A stretch of DNA of 64,000 nt, from NCBI RefSeq assembly GCF_006345805.1, contig NC_042997.1, positions 51,460,001 through 51,524,000 of the forward strand, written 5' to 3'. Position 1 is the first letter of the stretch; each line of letters opens with the position of its first letter. Source of the DNA: Octopus sinensis. Lineage: Eukaryota. The translations under genes and the position numbers were made by a program. This document shows positions 63,270-64,000 of this stretch, piece by piece. The notes under the pieces are model-generated. The model made no database searches. It was not told the origin of the DNA and saw nothing but the letters and a program-made list of their open reading frames with translations.

Positions 63270-63338
63270 TACTCTTTACTCTTTTACTTGTTTCAGTAAT
63301 TTGACTGCGGCCATGCTGGAGCACCGCCTTTAGTCGAC
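63270..63338 (-). mobile_element. SINE family A 3' stub
   Basis: tactctttactcttttacttgtttcag...gactgcggccatgctggagcaccgcctttagtc. Confidence 0.85.
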
Positions 63339-63519
63339 AAAGGAGTAGCTAAAAAGCATTAATGGAATGGGTTTTATGTCCACCTGTGTGTGTGTGTGTT
63401 GAATATCCTTTCAGTATGTTTGGAATGTGATCAGCTTCGTGTTGATGGTTGTGTATGTTGTGATGAATGTCTTGTGGAAGAAAGAATTAGGATTTCCCTT
63501 TAGGTTAGATGTATTCTTT

Positions 63520-63695
63520 TGTATGTGTGTGTGTGTGTGTTTTGCGATGTTTTCTTTTGTGTGTTTGTGTGCGTGTTTTTTTTGTGATGTTTCCTTTTGT
63601 GTATGTGTGTATTATTTTTTGTGATGTTTTCTTTTGTGTATGTGTGTGTGTTTTTTGTGATTTTTCTTTTGTGTGAATGTGTGTGTGTGTGTGTG
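63520..63695. repeat. ~35-bp TG/T-rich minisatellite
   Basis: Repeating ttttgtgatgttttcttttgtgtatgtgtg units. Confidence 0.8.
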
Positions 63696-64000
63696 TGCAG
63701 GCACACACACACACACTATATATATATTGGAAAAAAAATAATGGGAAGTAGTTTTCAAAATGATAATATGTATAAAACTGTTTTCTGAGTGTTTTTTCTT
63801 ATTTATTGGGTGTGTTTGGGTCTAGATTTAATTGTGGCTTTTACTTGTTGATAAATTGCTTTTCTTTATTTAGTTTTTGTTGTTGGTTGAAAGAATCTGA
63901 GCACTTGTAGAGGGGAAATATTTTGAAATTTAGTAAGACCATTCCTGCACAGGTTGCAATGTGACTGCATAAAGGATTTTCCTTGTGTTTTTGTCTCAGA

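Overview
AT-rich animal genomic DNA. The repeat complement (RTE LINEs with (GAT)n tails, microsatellite-bearing tRNA SINEs, Penelope-type palindromes) resembles a coleoid cephalopod such as Octopus; this is inferred from recognising the repeats, not from a search. No complete host gene or intact transposon ORF can be supported. Most of the window is intron-like or intergenic DNA with layered, decayed mobile elements: RTE, CR1/L2, Tx1 and RLE (R4/Dong/NeSL-like) LINEs, Tigger, a DD36E-spaced Tc1, mariner, piggyBac-like and Helentron-like MITEs, and SINEs. The main structure is a nest at 35.2-41.7 kb. A Ty3/Gypsy element is flanked by a ~450-bp direct duplication. Its 3' LTR is split by a ~510-bp palindromic element made of a tRNA-like head and a Penelope-type hammerhead ribozyme (11-bp TSD). 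That element is in turn split by a 5S rRNA-RTE chimeric retrocopy. RTE 3' UTRs carry copy-number-variable hairpin arrays built on a conserved TGGCACGTAAAAAGCA motif. CpG depletion ends abruptly near 55.9 kb beside a strong splice donor, suggesting a gene-body/promoter boundary. Coordinates of decayed elements are approximate and identities were estimated by eye.
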